Below, one piece after another: positions 21,508-30,444 of a DNA stretch of 64,000 nt. A model generated the notes under the pieces. That model saw nothing but the letters and a program-made list of their open reading frames with translations. It searched no databases and was not told the origin of the DNA. The stretch covers positions 1,504,001-1,568,000 of the forward strand of contig CAWFKH010000003.1 in NCBI GenBank assembly GCA_963816355.1. Reading direction: 5' to 3'. How positions within the stretch are numbered: the stretch's first letter is position 1; every line of letters starts with the position of its first letter. The position numbers were made by a program, and so were the translations under genes. Source of the DNA: an uncultured Gemmatimonadales bacterium. Lineage in GTDB: Bacteria; Gemmatimonadota; Gemmatimonadetes; Longimicrobiales; RSA9.

Positions 21508-22629
21508 TCAACGGTACAGCTCACGCGCGATGACCACGCGCTGGATCTCGTTCGTGCCCTCGTAGATCTCGGTCGCCTTGGCGTCCCGCATCAGCTTCTC
21601 GACCGGGTAGTCCCGCATGTAGCCGTAGCCGCCGAACACCTGCACGGCCTGCGTCGTGACGGCCATCGCCGTCTCGCTCGCGACCAACTTCGCCATCGCG
21701 GCGAGCCGCGTGGAAGGCGACGCCGCCGCCGCCGCGACGAGCGCGCGCGCCGCCTCCAGCGACGACGCCATCTCCGCGAGCTTGAACTGCATCCCTTCGA
21801 AGTCGCGGATCGGACGGCCGAACTGCCGCCGCTCCGCCGCGTAGGCGAGCGCGTGCTCGAGCGCCGCGCGGCCGATCCCGACCGCCTGCGCCGCGACGCC
21901 CAGCCGGCCGAGGTCGAGACCCTCCATCGCGTATGGGAAGCCGCGCTCCGGCTCCCCCAGCAGCGCGTCCTCGCCGAGCTCGACGCCGTCGAGCCGGAGC
22001 GTGACCACGCTGGCCGGCCGCAGCCCCATCGTCGTCTCGCGCCCGGCGACCGTGAGCCCCGCGGCGTCGCTCGGCACGAGGAAGGCGCCGATGCCGGCGG
22101 AGCCCTCCGCCTCCGACGTGCGCGCGAGCACGACGGCGAGGGCGGCGACATCGCCGTTCGTCACCCACTTCTTCTCGCCATCGAGCACCCAGCCGCCCTG
22201 CGTGCGCCGCGCGCGGGCCGCGATCGAGGCGGCATCCGAGCCGGCGGCCGCCTCCGAGAGGGCGAAGCAGGCGATCGCCTCGCCGCTCGCGAGCGGCGGC
22301 AGCCAGCGCTCGCGCTGCGCGTCGTCGCCGTGCCGCAGCAGCAGCGAGGCCGCGCAGACGCTGTGTATGGAGAGCGTGAGCGCGACGCTCGGCTCGCCCC
22401 AGGCGAGCTCCTCGAGCACCGCGACGTACGTGGGCAGGTCGAAACCGAGACCGCCGTGCTCCTCCGGCACCAGCATGCCGAAGAAGCCGAGCTCGCCGAG
22501 CTGCGCGAGCACGCCGCGGTCGATGGCGCGGGCGGCGTCCCACGCCTCCACGTGTGGCCGCAGCTCCGAGCGCGCGAAGTCACGCGCCAGCTCGCGGACC
22601 TGCTGTCGTTCGTCCAGCGTGGTCGTCAC
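21508..22629 (-). CDS. acyl-CoA dehydrogenase
   Basis: FALSEAAAGSD, GEKKWVTNG, GGYGYMRDYPVE, IYEGTNEIQ. Confidence 0.95.
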   Translation of the reverse strand: MTTTLDERQQVRELARDFARSELRPHVEAWDAARAIDRGVLAQLGELGFFGMLVPEEHGGLGFDLPTYVAVLEELAWGEPSVALTLSIHSVCAASLLLRHGDDAQRERWLPPLASGEAIACFALSEAAAGSDAASIAARARRTQGGWVLDGEKKWVTNGDVAALAVVLARTSEAEGSAGIGAFLVPSDAAGLTVAGRETTMGLRPASVVTLRLDGVELGEDALLGEPERGFPYAMEGLDLGRLGVAAQAVGIGRAALEHALAYAAERRQFGRPIRDFEGMQFKLAEMASSLEAARALVAAAAASPSTRLAAMAKLVASETAMAVTTQAVQVFGGYGYMRDYPVEKLMRDAKATEIYEGTNEIQRVVIARELYR

Positions 22630-22657
22630 ACCCTCTCCCTTCGCGGCGTCGTCGGCG

Positions 22658-23509
22658 TCATGCGTAGTCGAAGAAGCCGCGCCGCGTCTTGCGGCCCAGC
22701 CAGCCGGCGGCGACGTATTTTCGCAACAGCGGGCACGGGCGGTACTTGTCGTCGCCGAGGTCGCGCTGCAGCACTTCGAGGATCGACAGACAGGTGTCGA
22801 GCCCGATGAGGTCGGCGAGCGCGAGCGGCCCCATCGGATGATTCATCCCGAGCTTCATCACGGTGTCGATCGCAGCCGCCTCCGCGACCCCCTCCATGAG
22901 GCAGTAGACCGCCTCGTTGATCATCGGCATGAGCACGCGGTTGGACACGAAGCCGGGATAATCGTTCACCTCGACCGGCGTCTTGCCGAGCGCGCGCGTC
23001 GCCTCCATCACGGCGGCGGTCGTGGCGTCCGACGTGCGCAGGCCCCGGATCACCTCCACGAGCTGCATGACGGGGACCGGATTCATGAAGTGCAGCCCGA
23101 TCACCCGCTCCGGCCGCTCGACGCTCGCCGCGATCTCCGTGATCGAGATCGAGGACGTGTTCGACGCCAGCACCGCATCCGGCGCGGCCGCGTCCAGCTC
23201 GCGGAAGATCGACGCCTTCAGCGCCGCCCGCTCCGGCACCGCCTCGATCACGAGCTCGGCGCCGCGCGCCGCATCGAGCGATGTCGCCGTCCGCAAGCGG
23301 TCGAGCGTCGCTTGCCGCGTCGCCGCGTCGATCGCGCCCTTCCTCACCTGCCGCTCGAGGTTGGCGCCGATCGTCGCGAGCGCCGCTTCCAGGCGCGCCG
23401 CGTCTACGTCGACCAGCGTCACCGCGTGGCCGTGCTGCGCGAACACGTGGGCGATGCCGTTGCCCATCGTGCCCGCCCCCACCACGACCACCTGTCCGCC
23501 GTCGCTCAC
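22658..23509 (-). CDS. hbd: 3-hydroxybutyryl-CoA dehydrogenase
   Basis: [33 protein letters not shown]. Confidence 0.93.
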   Translation of the reverse strand: MSDGGQVVVVGAGTMGNGIAHVFAQHGHAVTLVDVDAARLEAALATIGANLERQVRKGAIDAATRQATLDRLRTATSLDAARGAELVIEAVPERAALKASIFRELDAAAPDAVLASNTSSISITEIAASVERPERVIGLHFMNPVPVMQLVEVIRGLRTSDATTAAVMEATRALGKTPVEVNDYPGFVSNRVLMPMINEAVYCLMEGVAEAAAIDTVMKLGMNHPMGPLALADLIGLDTCLSILEVLQRDLGDDKYRPCPLLRKYVAAGWLGRKTRRGFFDYA

Positions 23510-24441
23510 CCGCGCTCCACCTCCGTTCGAGTCACGTCTTCCCCGGCGTTCCGCCGCGGCGCGCGCCACGCCGGCACCGGCTCCGCCGTCCGCCGCACCC
23601 GCAGCAGGAGCGCGAGGCCGACGAGAAATGCGACCGTCCCCATCGCGCCGCCCTCGGGCCCGAACGTGCCGCCCGTCACCCACGCCGGCCCCCGTTCCAC
23701 GGGGCCGTAGAGCGGCGTATGCAGGAACGTCAACCCGCTCACCGGCAGCTCCGCCACGCTCGCCATCGCCCAGTTCCAGCCGACGTGCACGCCGCTGGCG
23801 AACCAGAGGCTGCCCGTCCGCAGGTACGCGATCGAGAGCAGCACGCCGGCGAGGAAGATGTTCGCCAGCCCGATCGCGCCCACGTTCGGGTTCCACACGT
23901 GCGCCACGGCGAAGGCAGCGCTCGACAGCGCCGTCGCGGCCACGGGGCCGATTCCCACGACCAGTGCCTGAAAGACGTAGCCGCGGAAGAGCGCCTCCTC
24001 CGCCGCCGCCGGCAGGGCGAGCAGCTCGAGCCCGCGGGCCCACGCCGCGAGGACGCCCCCGAGCGTTCCCGCTTCGGCACGATAGCCGATCCAGCCGGCG
24101 AGCAGGAGCGGCACCAGCACCACGGCCAGCATCGTCACGCCGAGCAGCGCGCCGCGGCCGGCGTCCCTCCCGACGCGGGGGCCGACGGCGAACCCGAGGC
24201 GAGCCGGCGGCGCACCCTCGACGAGCCACAGCATCAGCCAGCCGGCGCCGAGCGCCCCGAGGAGCGTGATCGCGCCGTCGGCCGCCAGCCCCGCCGCGCC
24301 GGCGGGCCACGACCCGAACGCCGAGGCGAGCATCGCCGCGACGGCCGTGAAGACGACGAAGACGCCCGCGAAGACGAGCACGCGGCCGATGGCCGAGAAG
24401 AAACCCCCGGGGCTCAGCGCCGCGCGGGGGTTCCGTCGCAC
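23506..24441 (-). CDS. CPBP (CAAX/Abi) family intramembrane metalloprotease
   Basis: EEALFRG, FAVAH, HVGWN motifs in a multi-TM protein. Confidence 0.9.
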   Translation of the reverse strand: MRRNPRAALSPGGFFSAIGRVLVFAGVFVVFTAVAAMLASAFGSWPAGAAGLAADGAITLLGALGAGWLMLWLVEGAPPARLGFAVGPRVGRDAGRGALLGVTMLAVVLVPLLLAGWIGYRAEAGTLGGVLAAWARGLELLALPAAAEEALFRGYVFQALVVGIGPVAATALSSAAFAVAHVWNPNVGAIGLANIFLAGVLLSIAYLRTGSLWFASGVHVGWNWAMASVAELPVSGLTFLHTPLYGPVERGPAWVTGGTFGPEGGAMGTVAFLVGLALLLRVRRTAEPVPAWRAPRRNAGEDVTRTEVERG

Positions 24442-24442
24442 C

Positions 24443-25654
24443 TCAGATGCGCTCCACCGAAAGCGCCACGGCGTCGCCGCCGCCGAGGCAGAGCGTCGCG
24501 AGACCGGTCTTCGCGTCGCGGTCCCGCATGGCGTGCAGCAGCGTGACCAGGATGCGCGCGCCCGACGCGCCGATCGGATGCCCGAGGGCGACCGCGCCGC
24601 CGCGGACGTTGACCCGCTCCCAGTCCCAGCCCAGCTCCTTGCCGTCGGCGAGCGCCTGCACGGCGAACGCCTCGTTCGCCTCGATCAGGTCGTAGTCGCC
24701 GATCGTCCTTCCCTCCTTCTCCATCACCCGTCGCACGGCGCGGACGGGGGCGAAGAAGAGCTCCTGCGGCGCCACCGCGCCGTTCGCGTAGGCGTTGATG
24801 CGCGCGAGGATGGTGAGGCCGTTCGCGTCGGCGTACGCCTGGCTCGTGACCACGAGCGCGGCCGCGCCGTCGTTCAGGCCGGGCGCGTTGCCGGCAGTCA
24901 CCACCGGGTCGCTCACCTCGGGCGGCGCGTCCTTGCGGAAGGCGGGCGGCAGCTTGGCGAGCGCCTCGATCGTGGTCTCGCGGCGAGGCGGCTCGTCCGT
25001 GTCCACGACGGTGGTTCCCTTCCGCGAGGCGATCTCGACCGGCGCGATCTCGGCCGTGAACTCCCCTTCGTCGATCGCCCGGATCGCCTTGCGATGGGAA
25101 TCCAGCGCGAAGGCATCCGCCTCCTCGCGGCTGATCCCCGCCTTGTTCGCCGTGTACTCGGCGTGTCCACCCATGTGACATTGGCCGAAAGCGCACCAGA
25201 GGCCGTCGAGCAGGAGACCGTCGAGCATCTCCTGGTCGCCGAACTTCACGCCCTGCCGCAGACCCCGCACGTAGTAGGGCGCGTTGGACATCGACTCCAT
25301 CCCGCCGGCCACGAGCACCTCTGCATCACCGGCGCGGATGGCCTGCGCCGCCAGCATCACCGCCATGAGACCGGACCCGCAGACGCGGCTCACCGCCATG
25401 GCGCCGACCGTGTCCGGCACGCCGCCCGCCAGCGCGGCCTGCCGCGCCGGCGCCTGACCCAGACCGGCCGAAACGACGTTGCCCAGGATGACGTCGTCGA
25501 TGTCGCTTCGCTCGACACCGGCGCGCTCGAGCGCCGCGCGGATCGCGACTGCTCCGAGCTCGGGCGCGCGCAGCGGTGCGAGGCCGCCGAGGAAACGCCC
25601 GATCGGGGTCCGCGCGGCGCTCACGATGACGGCCGTACGCCGCGGATCAGACAT
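24443..25654 (-). CDS. acetyl-CoA C-acetyltransferase (thiolase)
   Basis: VCGSG, NEAFA, GHPIGASG, CLGGG. Confidence 0.96.
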   Translation of the reverse strand: MSDPRRTAVIVSAARTPIGRFLGGLAPLRAPELGAVAIRAALERAGVERSDIDDVILGNVVSAGLGQAPARQAALAGGVPDTVGAMAVSRVCGSGLMAVMLAAQAIRAGDAEVLVAGGMESMSNAPYYVRGLRQGVKFGDQEMLDGLLLDGLWCAFGQCHMGGHAEYTANKAGISREEADAFALDSHRKAIRAIDEGEFTAEIAPVEIASRKGTTVVDTDEPPRRETTIEALAKLPPAFRKDAPPEVSDPVVTAGNAPGLNDGAAALVVTSQAYADANGLTILARINAYANGAVAPQELFFAPVRAVRRVMEKEGRTIGDYDLIEANEAFAVQALADGKELGWDWERVNVRGGAVALGHPIGASGARILVTLLHAMRDRDAKTGLATLCLGGGDAVALSVERI

Positions 25655-25728
25655 GATTCAGACTCCTTGTTTCGGTTCTACTCGCACCGCGAAGCCGCGC
25701 CGTTCAGGGCGGTCCTCCGCGGGCCGTT

Positions 25729-25734
25729 ATTATA
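25729..25734 (-). promoter_or_regulatory. consensus -10 element (TATAAT) upstream of the thiolase
   Basis: Perfect TATAAT on minus strand 75 nt upstream of the ATG in a very GC-rich background; -35 weak. Confidence 0.55.
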
Positions 25735-25772
25735 CCCGCCGCGAAGTGGAGCGGCCAGTCTCGCCGCCCCTC

Positions 25773-26660
25773 CTACGGCTCCACCAGGACCGGCCGTTCC
25801 TCGCCCGCGGCGAGCCGGCCCCACGCGCGTTCCGGATCGTGCTCGAAGACCAGCAGCCATCCCTCCTTCCGCGCCCGCGCGAGCAGCGCGCGCTTCGTCT
25901 CCAGCGTGACGAGCGGCTCGACGTCGTAGCCCATGATCCACGGCAGCGGCAGGTGCGCGGCGGTGGGCACGAGGTCCGCGAGGAAGCACGCCGTCTCCCC
26001 CGCCGATTCGACGATCACCGACTGGTGATGCGGCGTGTGTCCGGGGGTGCGCACGACGCGCACGCCCGGCACGATCGGACCATCGCCATCGAGCAGGTCG
26101 AAAAGGCCCGCCTCCCGGACCGGATCGAAGTTCGCGCCGAGGTAACTCGCACGAATGCGCTCGTTGTCCCGGTGGGCGAACGCCCACTCGCCCCGCTGCA
26201 CGTAGTGGCGCGCGCGCGGGAACGCCGGCCGAATCGAACCCCCCTCCCCGTCCACGGCGACGGTGTCGCCGCCCGCGTGGTCGAAGTGCAGGTGCGTGTT
26301 GACGACGACGTCGACATCGCCGGGAACGAAGCCGGCGGCGCGGATCGCGTCCTCGAGCCGCGTCGGCGCACCGGCGTTCTCGATGCCGTAGATCTCGCGG
26401 AAGCGCGCCGGGTCCTTGTTGCCCGCGCCGGTGTCGACCAGCACGAGCGCGTCCGCCGTCTCGATCAGGAGGCAGCGCAACGCAAGCGGAATGCGGTTGC
26501 GATCGTCGGCGGGAATGCGCCGTTCCCAGAGCGGCTTCGGCACGACGCCGAACATGGCGCCGCCGTCCAGGCGCTGCAGCCCTGCTTCGAGGGCGTGAAT
26601 GCGGACGTCGCCGACCGCGCGGGAGCGGTGCAGCGGAAGATCGTCGACCGTGGTCGTCAT
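25773..26660 (-). CDS. MBL-fold metallo-hydrolase (YtnP-like)
   Basis: LDGGAMFGVVPK, THLHFDHAGG, GHTPHH, FEHD. Confidence 0.9.
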   Translation of the reverse strand: MTTTVDDLPLHRSRAVGDVRIHALEAGLQRLDGGAMFGVVPKPLWERRIPADDRNRIPLALRCLLIETADALVLVDTGAGNKDPARFREIYGIENAGAPTRLEDAIRAAGFVPGDVDVVVNTHLHFDHAGGDTVAVDGEGGSIRPAFPRARHYVQRGEWAFAHRDNERIRASYLGANFDPVREAGLFDLLDGDGPIVPGVRVVRTPGHTPHHQSVIVESAGETACFLADLVPTAAHLPLPWIMGYDVEPLVTLETKRALLARARKEGWLLVFEHDPERAWGRLAAGEERPVLVEP

Positions 26661-27373
26661 CAGATCGAATCGATCCAGGTGGGCATCGCGGTGCGGCGCC
26701 GCCGGGGCGCGGGACGCGTGAGCAGCGTCTCCAGCCCCTGCCAGGAGTAGACCGCCTGCTCCTCCGCCGAGCGCAGGAGCCGGGAGAGAATCGCCACCGT
26801 AGCGGCGGCGTCGCCGTAGGCGCGGTGGCGGCCCTCGATCTCGATGCCGTAGTGGAAGGAGAGTGAATCGAGGGAGCGGCGCCGCAGCTCCGGCACCAGC
26901 TTGCGCGCCAGACGCAGCGTGCAGAGCGTCCGCGTCGCGACCGCGGGCCGCCCGGTCGCCCACTCCAGTTCGCGCGTCACGAAGGTCCAGTCGAAGCGCG
27001 CGTTGTGCGCCACGAAGACGCGGCCTTCCAGGATGCGGCGCACGTCCCCGGCGATCTCCGAGAAGCGCGGCGCGTCCGCGACCATCGCGTGCGTGATGTT
27101 CGTGAGCCGCGTGACGAACGGCGGGATCGGCCGCTCCGGGTTGACGAGCGTGCGCAGCTCCTCGCGCACGCGGCCATCGGCGCCGGTCACGAGCGCGGCG
27201 ATCTCCGTCACCCGATGGCCCTGTCGAGGTGCGCCCCCGGTCGTCTCCACGTCCACCACCACGTACTCGAGCGCATCGAGCGGCGGGTCCGCACCGGCAC
27301 CGACGTCGCCCAGCGGCAGCTCGATCTGCAGCGGCGCGCGGCCGGCCGATCGCCCCCTCGGCGCCGCGCTCAC
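26660..27373 (-). CDS. DEDDh 3'-5' exonuclease (DnaQ/PolC-like)
   Basis: DVETTG, AHNARFD, HRAYGDA. Confidence 0.9.
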   Translation of the reverse strand: MSAAPRGRSAGRAPLQIELPLGDVGAGADPPLDALEYVVVDVETTGGAPRQGHRVTEIAALVTGADGRVREELRTLVNPERPIPPFVTRLTNITHAMVADAPRFSEIAGDVRRILEGRVFVAHNARFDWTFVTRELEWATGRPAVATRTLCTLRLARKLVPELRRRSLDSLSFHYGIEIEGRHRAYGDAAATVAILSRLLRSAEEQAVYSWQGLETLLTRPAPRRRRTAMPTWIDSI

Positions 27374-28608
27374 CAGACGTCGTCGCGCCGCAACGGCATC
27401 GTCATGCAGCGCGAGCCGCCGCCGCCGCGCACGAGCTCGGCGCCGTCGAAGACGATCGCCGCCCTCTCGTCGTCCTCGACCGCGTCGTCGCCGGTGAGCA
27501 GGTCGATCGCGTCGACGACCCGATAGCCCGCCTCACGCTCCAGCTCGCGGTACGTCTGCTCGTTGCGGGAGTAGCCCAGGATCACGCCGGGCCGCACGGC
27601 GACGAAATTGCACCCGCTCGACCACTGCTCGCGCTCCTGATGCACGCGCCGGTGGCCGCCGCAGAAGATCGGCTCCAGCGGCATCCCGACCTCTCCAAAC
27701 GCGGCGAAGAGGTTCGGCATCTCGCGCATGCGTCCCTGCCCCGCGCGGTAGTGCAGCACGGCGCACCGGTCCGGCCCCACGAACATCGGAGGGAACACGA
27801 CGCAGTGCTCCCGATCGATCATCGTGAAGATCATGTCGAGGTGGATCATCGCGCGGTCGGTGGGGAGCACCACCAGGAGAATGTGCTCCATCCCGCGCTC
27901 CCGAAGTCGCTCCGCGAGGACGTCGAAGCCGGCCGGACTCGAACGCTGCGACAGCCCGATCATCACCACGTCCGGCCGCAGCACGTGCACATCGCCACCT
28001 TCCAGCGTGTAGCCCGCCCGCCGCTCCTCGCTGCCGTCGTAGATCAAGCCCCCGTTGCGCAGCTTCGGGTGGTAGGTGAAGAGCACCTTCATCAGGATCT
28101 CTTCCGTCCACCGCACCGTGTGGCGCATCGAGCCGATGATGCCGCCGTCCCCCACCACCATCCCCGCATCGCGCGTGAAGAAGAGGTTGGGCAGCGGCGG
28201 CAGATCGTAGCTCTCCAGGTTCAGCAGACGCTGCAGCGGACCCGGCTCCACCGGCTTCCCCTCGATGAACATCCCGACCAGATCCGCCGCCGAGATCTCC
28301 ATCAGGTGCCGCGCCAGCGGCTCCGACCGCGCCACGTCCATCACCCGCTCGATCAGGAACGGCCGCACCTCCGGCTCGTCCGCGATCTCCTCCAGCAGGT
28401 CCCGCACCTCGTGAACTTCCGCGAAACGCGCCAGGATCGACTTGAAGCGATGGTGCTCCCGCCCCGCCTGCTCCAGGTCGATGATGTCGTCGTAGAGGAA
28501 CTCCTCCCGGGTCACCGGCGTCACCGCCAGAAGCTCCGCCCCCGGCGTGTGGCACACCACCGAGCGCAGAGCCCCGATCTCCGACGTGACCCCCACTCCC
28601 CCGCTCAT
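27370..28608 (-). CDS. arcA: arginine deiminase
   Basis: SEIGAL, PNLFFTRD, LEGGD, HLD, GGGSRCMTMP. Confidence 0.92.
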   Translation of the reverse strand: MSGGVGVTSEIGALRSVVCHTPGAELLAVTPVTREEFLYDDIIDLEQAGREHHRFKSILARFAEVHEVRDLLEEIADEPEVRPFLIERVMDVARSEPLARHLMEISAADLVGMFIEGKPVEPGPLQRLLNLESYDLPPLPNLFFTRDAGMVVGDGGIIGSMRHTVRWTEEILMKVLFTYHPKLRNGGLIYDGSEERRAGYTLEGGDVHVLRPDVVMIGLSQRSSPAGFDVLAERLRERGMEHILLVVLPTDRAMIHLDMIFTMIDREHCVVFPPMFVGPDRCAVLHYRAGQGRMREMPNLFAAFGEVGMPLEPIFCGGHRRVHQEREQWSSGCNFVAVRPGVILGYSRNEQTYRELEREAGYRVVDAIDLLTGDDAVEDDERAAIVFDGAELVRGGGGSRCMTMPLRRDDVW

Positions 28609-29269
28609 CCCTCTCCGCCCTCCCCTTCCCGACCGCCATCCGACGAGCCACCGTTGTTCGCCAGCGCGAACGACAGACCCTCCAGCTCCACAGCCATGTT
28701 CACGTTCTTCAACGCCGTCCCCGGCGGCACGTCCAGCTTCGTCGGCGCGAAGTTCAGGATCCCGCGGATCCCCGCTGCCACCACACGCTCCACCAGCGGC
28801 TGCGCCGCCTGTGCAGGCACCGCCAGAATCACGATGTCGATCCGCCGCTCCTCCAGCACCCGCTCCAGGTCACGCACCGGCGTCACCTCGATCCCCTCCC
28901 ACCGCTTCCCGATCTTTGCCGGATCGTCGTCGAAGACCGCCCTCACGAAAAATCCCTGCCGCCGGAAATCCTCGTATCCCAGCAGCGCCGAGCCGATCCG
29001 CCCCGCCCCCACCACCGCCACCCGCCACGGTCGCTCCAAACCGAGAATCGACCGCAGCCGGTTCCGCAGCTCCCCCACCGAATACCCCATCCCCCGCTTC
29101 CCGAACGTGCCGAATACCGACAGGTCCTTGCGAACCTGCGCCGCCGTCGTCCCCCCCGACGCGCCAGCTCCCGGCTCGACACCGTCTTCGCCCCGCCTTC
29201 TGCCAGCTCTCCCAGCAACCGCAGATACAGCGAGAGCCGCTCGACCGTCGACTCCGACGCCTTCTTCAT
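28605..29269 (-). pseudogene. rex: redox-sensing repressor Rex, split by a 1-nt deletion in a G run (pseudogene, phase variant or sequencing error)
   Basis: N-terminus MKKASESTVERLSLY in one frame; TTAAQVRKDLS...GAGRIG...ILNFAP in another; junction at G7 (29151-29157). Confidence 0.9.
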
Positions 29270-29289
29270 CCCCGCTCGTCCCGCGCCGT

Positions 29290-29307
29290 TTGTGAAACCA
29301 TTCACAA
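29290..29307. promoter_or_regulatory. Rex operator
   Basis: TTGTGAA-ACCA-TTCACAA, exact match to the canonical Rex box, about 20 nt upstream of the rex ATG. Confidence 0.92.
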
Positions 29308-29309
29308 TT

Positions 29310-29338
29310 AACGTACGCACCCGCCACTGCATCGTCAA
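29310..29338 (-). promoter_or_regulatory. sigma-70-type promoter of the rex operon
   Basis: TTGACG-17 nt-TACGTT; predicted +1 falls inside the Rex box. Confidence 0.75.
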
Positions 29339-29467
29339 TCGACGCACGCACCTCCAATTCGCTCGCGCGCGACGCGTGCGCCTCCGAATCGCTCGCGCAC
29401 GACGCGAGTGCGTCCGACTCCTTTGCGCTGACCCCGGGACGGCGATGCCGCGGCGGCGGGGAGCGGG

Positions 29468-29540
29468 CGGCGGCGCCGGGGATGCGCTCAGACGGCGGCG
29501 CCGCGGGTGCGCTCAGACGGCGGTGGCGCCGGGGATGCGG
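29468..29540. repeat. about three imperfect ~25-nt tandem copies spanning the histidine kinase stop codon
   Basis: ggcggcgccggggatgcgctcagac / ggcggcgccgcgggtgcgctcagac / ggcggtggcgccggggatgcgg. Confidence 0.6.
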
Positions 29541-30442
29541 AGCTGGAGCGTGCGGGCTTCGGGGCCGGGGAGGAGGTCGAGCTCGCCGCCGATCTGGGTG
29601 GCGAGGCGGCGGACGATGCCGAGACGGAGGCTGGCGCGGCCGGAGTCGTCGTCGCCGTCGAGAGGGGGGGAGTCGGCCGGATCGGGGCCCGTGGCGGCGG
29701 GGCGAGGGTCGCGTGCGGAAGCGGGCGGAGAAGCGTACGCGCGGGCGTCGGGGCCGGCGAATTCGGCGATGGAGCGCGGGATGAAGGTGGATCGGGCGAA
29801 GCCCGTGCCGTGCACGTGGATCTCGAGCTCGCTCCCGGCGGTGATGCGGACGTCGACGTGGAGGGAGGAGCGAGGCGAGCCGCGCACGGCGGTGGCGAGC
29901 GCGAGGTCGATGAGCCATTCGAGGCGGCGGGGATCGGTTCGCAGGGTCACTTCGGCGGTGGGCCGCTCGACGGTGAGGCGGGCGCGGCGCTCGGCGGCGA
30001 GCTCGGTGGCGCGGCCGACGGCGGCGTCGAGGAGGGGGAGCAGCGGGACATCCTGGATGTCGAGGGTGGGCGGCTCTCCGGCGGGCCGGGCGAACTCGAC
30101 GGTGCCTGCGAGGAGCTGCTCGAGCTGGCGGGCGGCGTCGCCGATGCGGTGGAGAGGGTCGTAGAGGGCGGCGTCGACGGGGCCGTAGATGCCGTCGGCG
30201 ATGAGGTCGTGGTAGCCGACAATGGCGGAGAGGGGGGTGCGCAGGTCGTGGGCGAGGGCGGCGACGAAGCGACGCTCGGCGACCTCGGGCACGGAGCGCG
30301 CGGCGACGCGGTCCTGCTCTCGCCCCGCGCGGATCTCCGCCTCGAGGCGACGGATGACGCGGCGGTGGATGGCGATGCGGCGGGCGAGCAGGGCGCCGGT
30401 GACGAGGGCGAGCGAGACGAGGAGGAGGGGGACGGCCGCCAT
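29513..30442 (-). CDS. HisKA-domain protein with one N-terminal TM and a degenerate HATPase domain
   Basis: AHDLRTPLSAIVGY H-box; N-box and G-boxes altered (LIDLALATA, HVHGTG, SLRLGIV). Confidence 0.8.
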   Translation of the reverse strand: MAAVPLLLVSLALVTGALLARRIAIHRRVIRRLEAEIRAGREQDRVAARSVPEVAERRFVAALAHDLRTPLSAIVGYHDLIADGIYGPVDAALYDPLHRIGDAARQLEQLLAGTVEFARPAGEPPTLDIQDVPLLPLLDAAVGRATELAAERRARLTVERPTAEVTLRTDPRRLEWLIDLALATAVRGSPRSSLHVDVRITAGSELEIHVHGTGFARSTFIPRSIAEFAGPDARAYASPPASARDPRPAATGPDPADSPPLDGDDDSGRASLRLGIVRRLATQIGGELDLLPGPEARTLQLRIPGATAV

Positions 30443-30444
30443 CG

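Noticed and set aside
23506..24441. 'Abi' CAAX protease as a phage-defence gene
   Set aside because: CPBP family membrane protease inside a fatty-acid/amino-acid catabolic operon; no defence context
25773..27373. MBL hydrolase + exonuclease as a defence nuclease pair or beta-lactamase
   Set aside because: Motifs match the common YtnP-like hydrolase and DnaQ-like families in a core-genome context
29295..29322. AT-rich GGTGCGTACGTTAATTGTG as a possible dif site at the skew flip
   Set aside because: No XerD arm (TTATGTTAAAT-like); fully explained by the -10 element plus Rex box
29354..29540. Repeats as a possible CRISPR array
   Set aside because: Tandem, imperfect, no unique spacers, and no cas genes in the window
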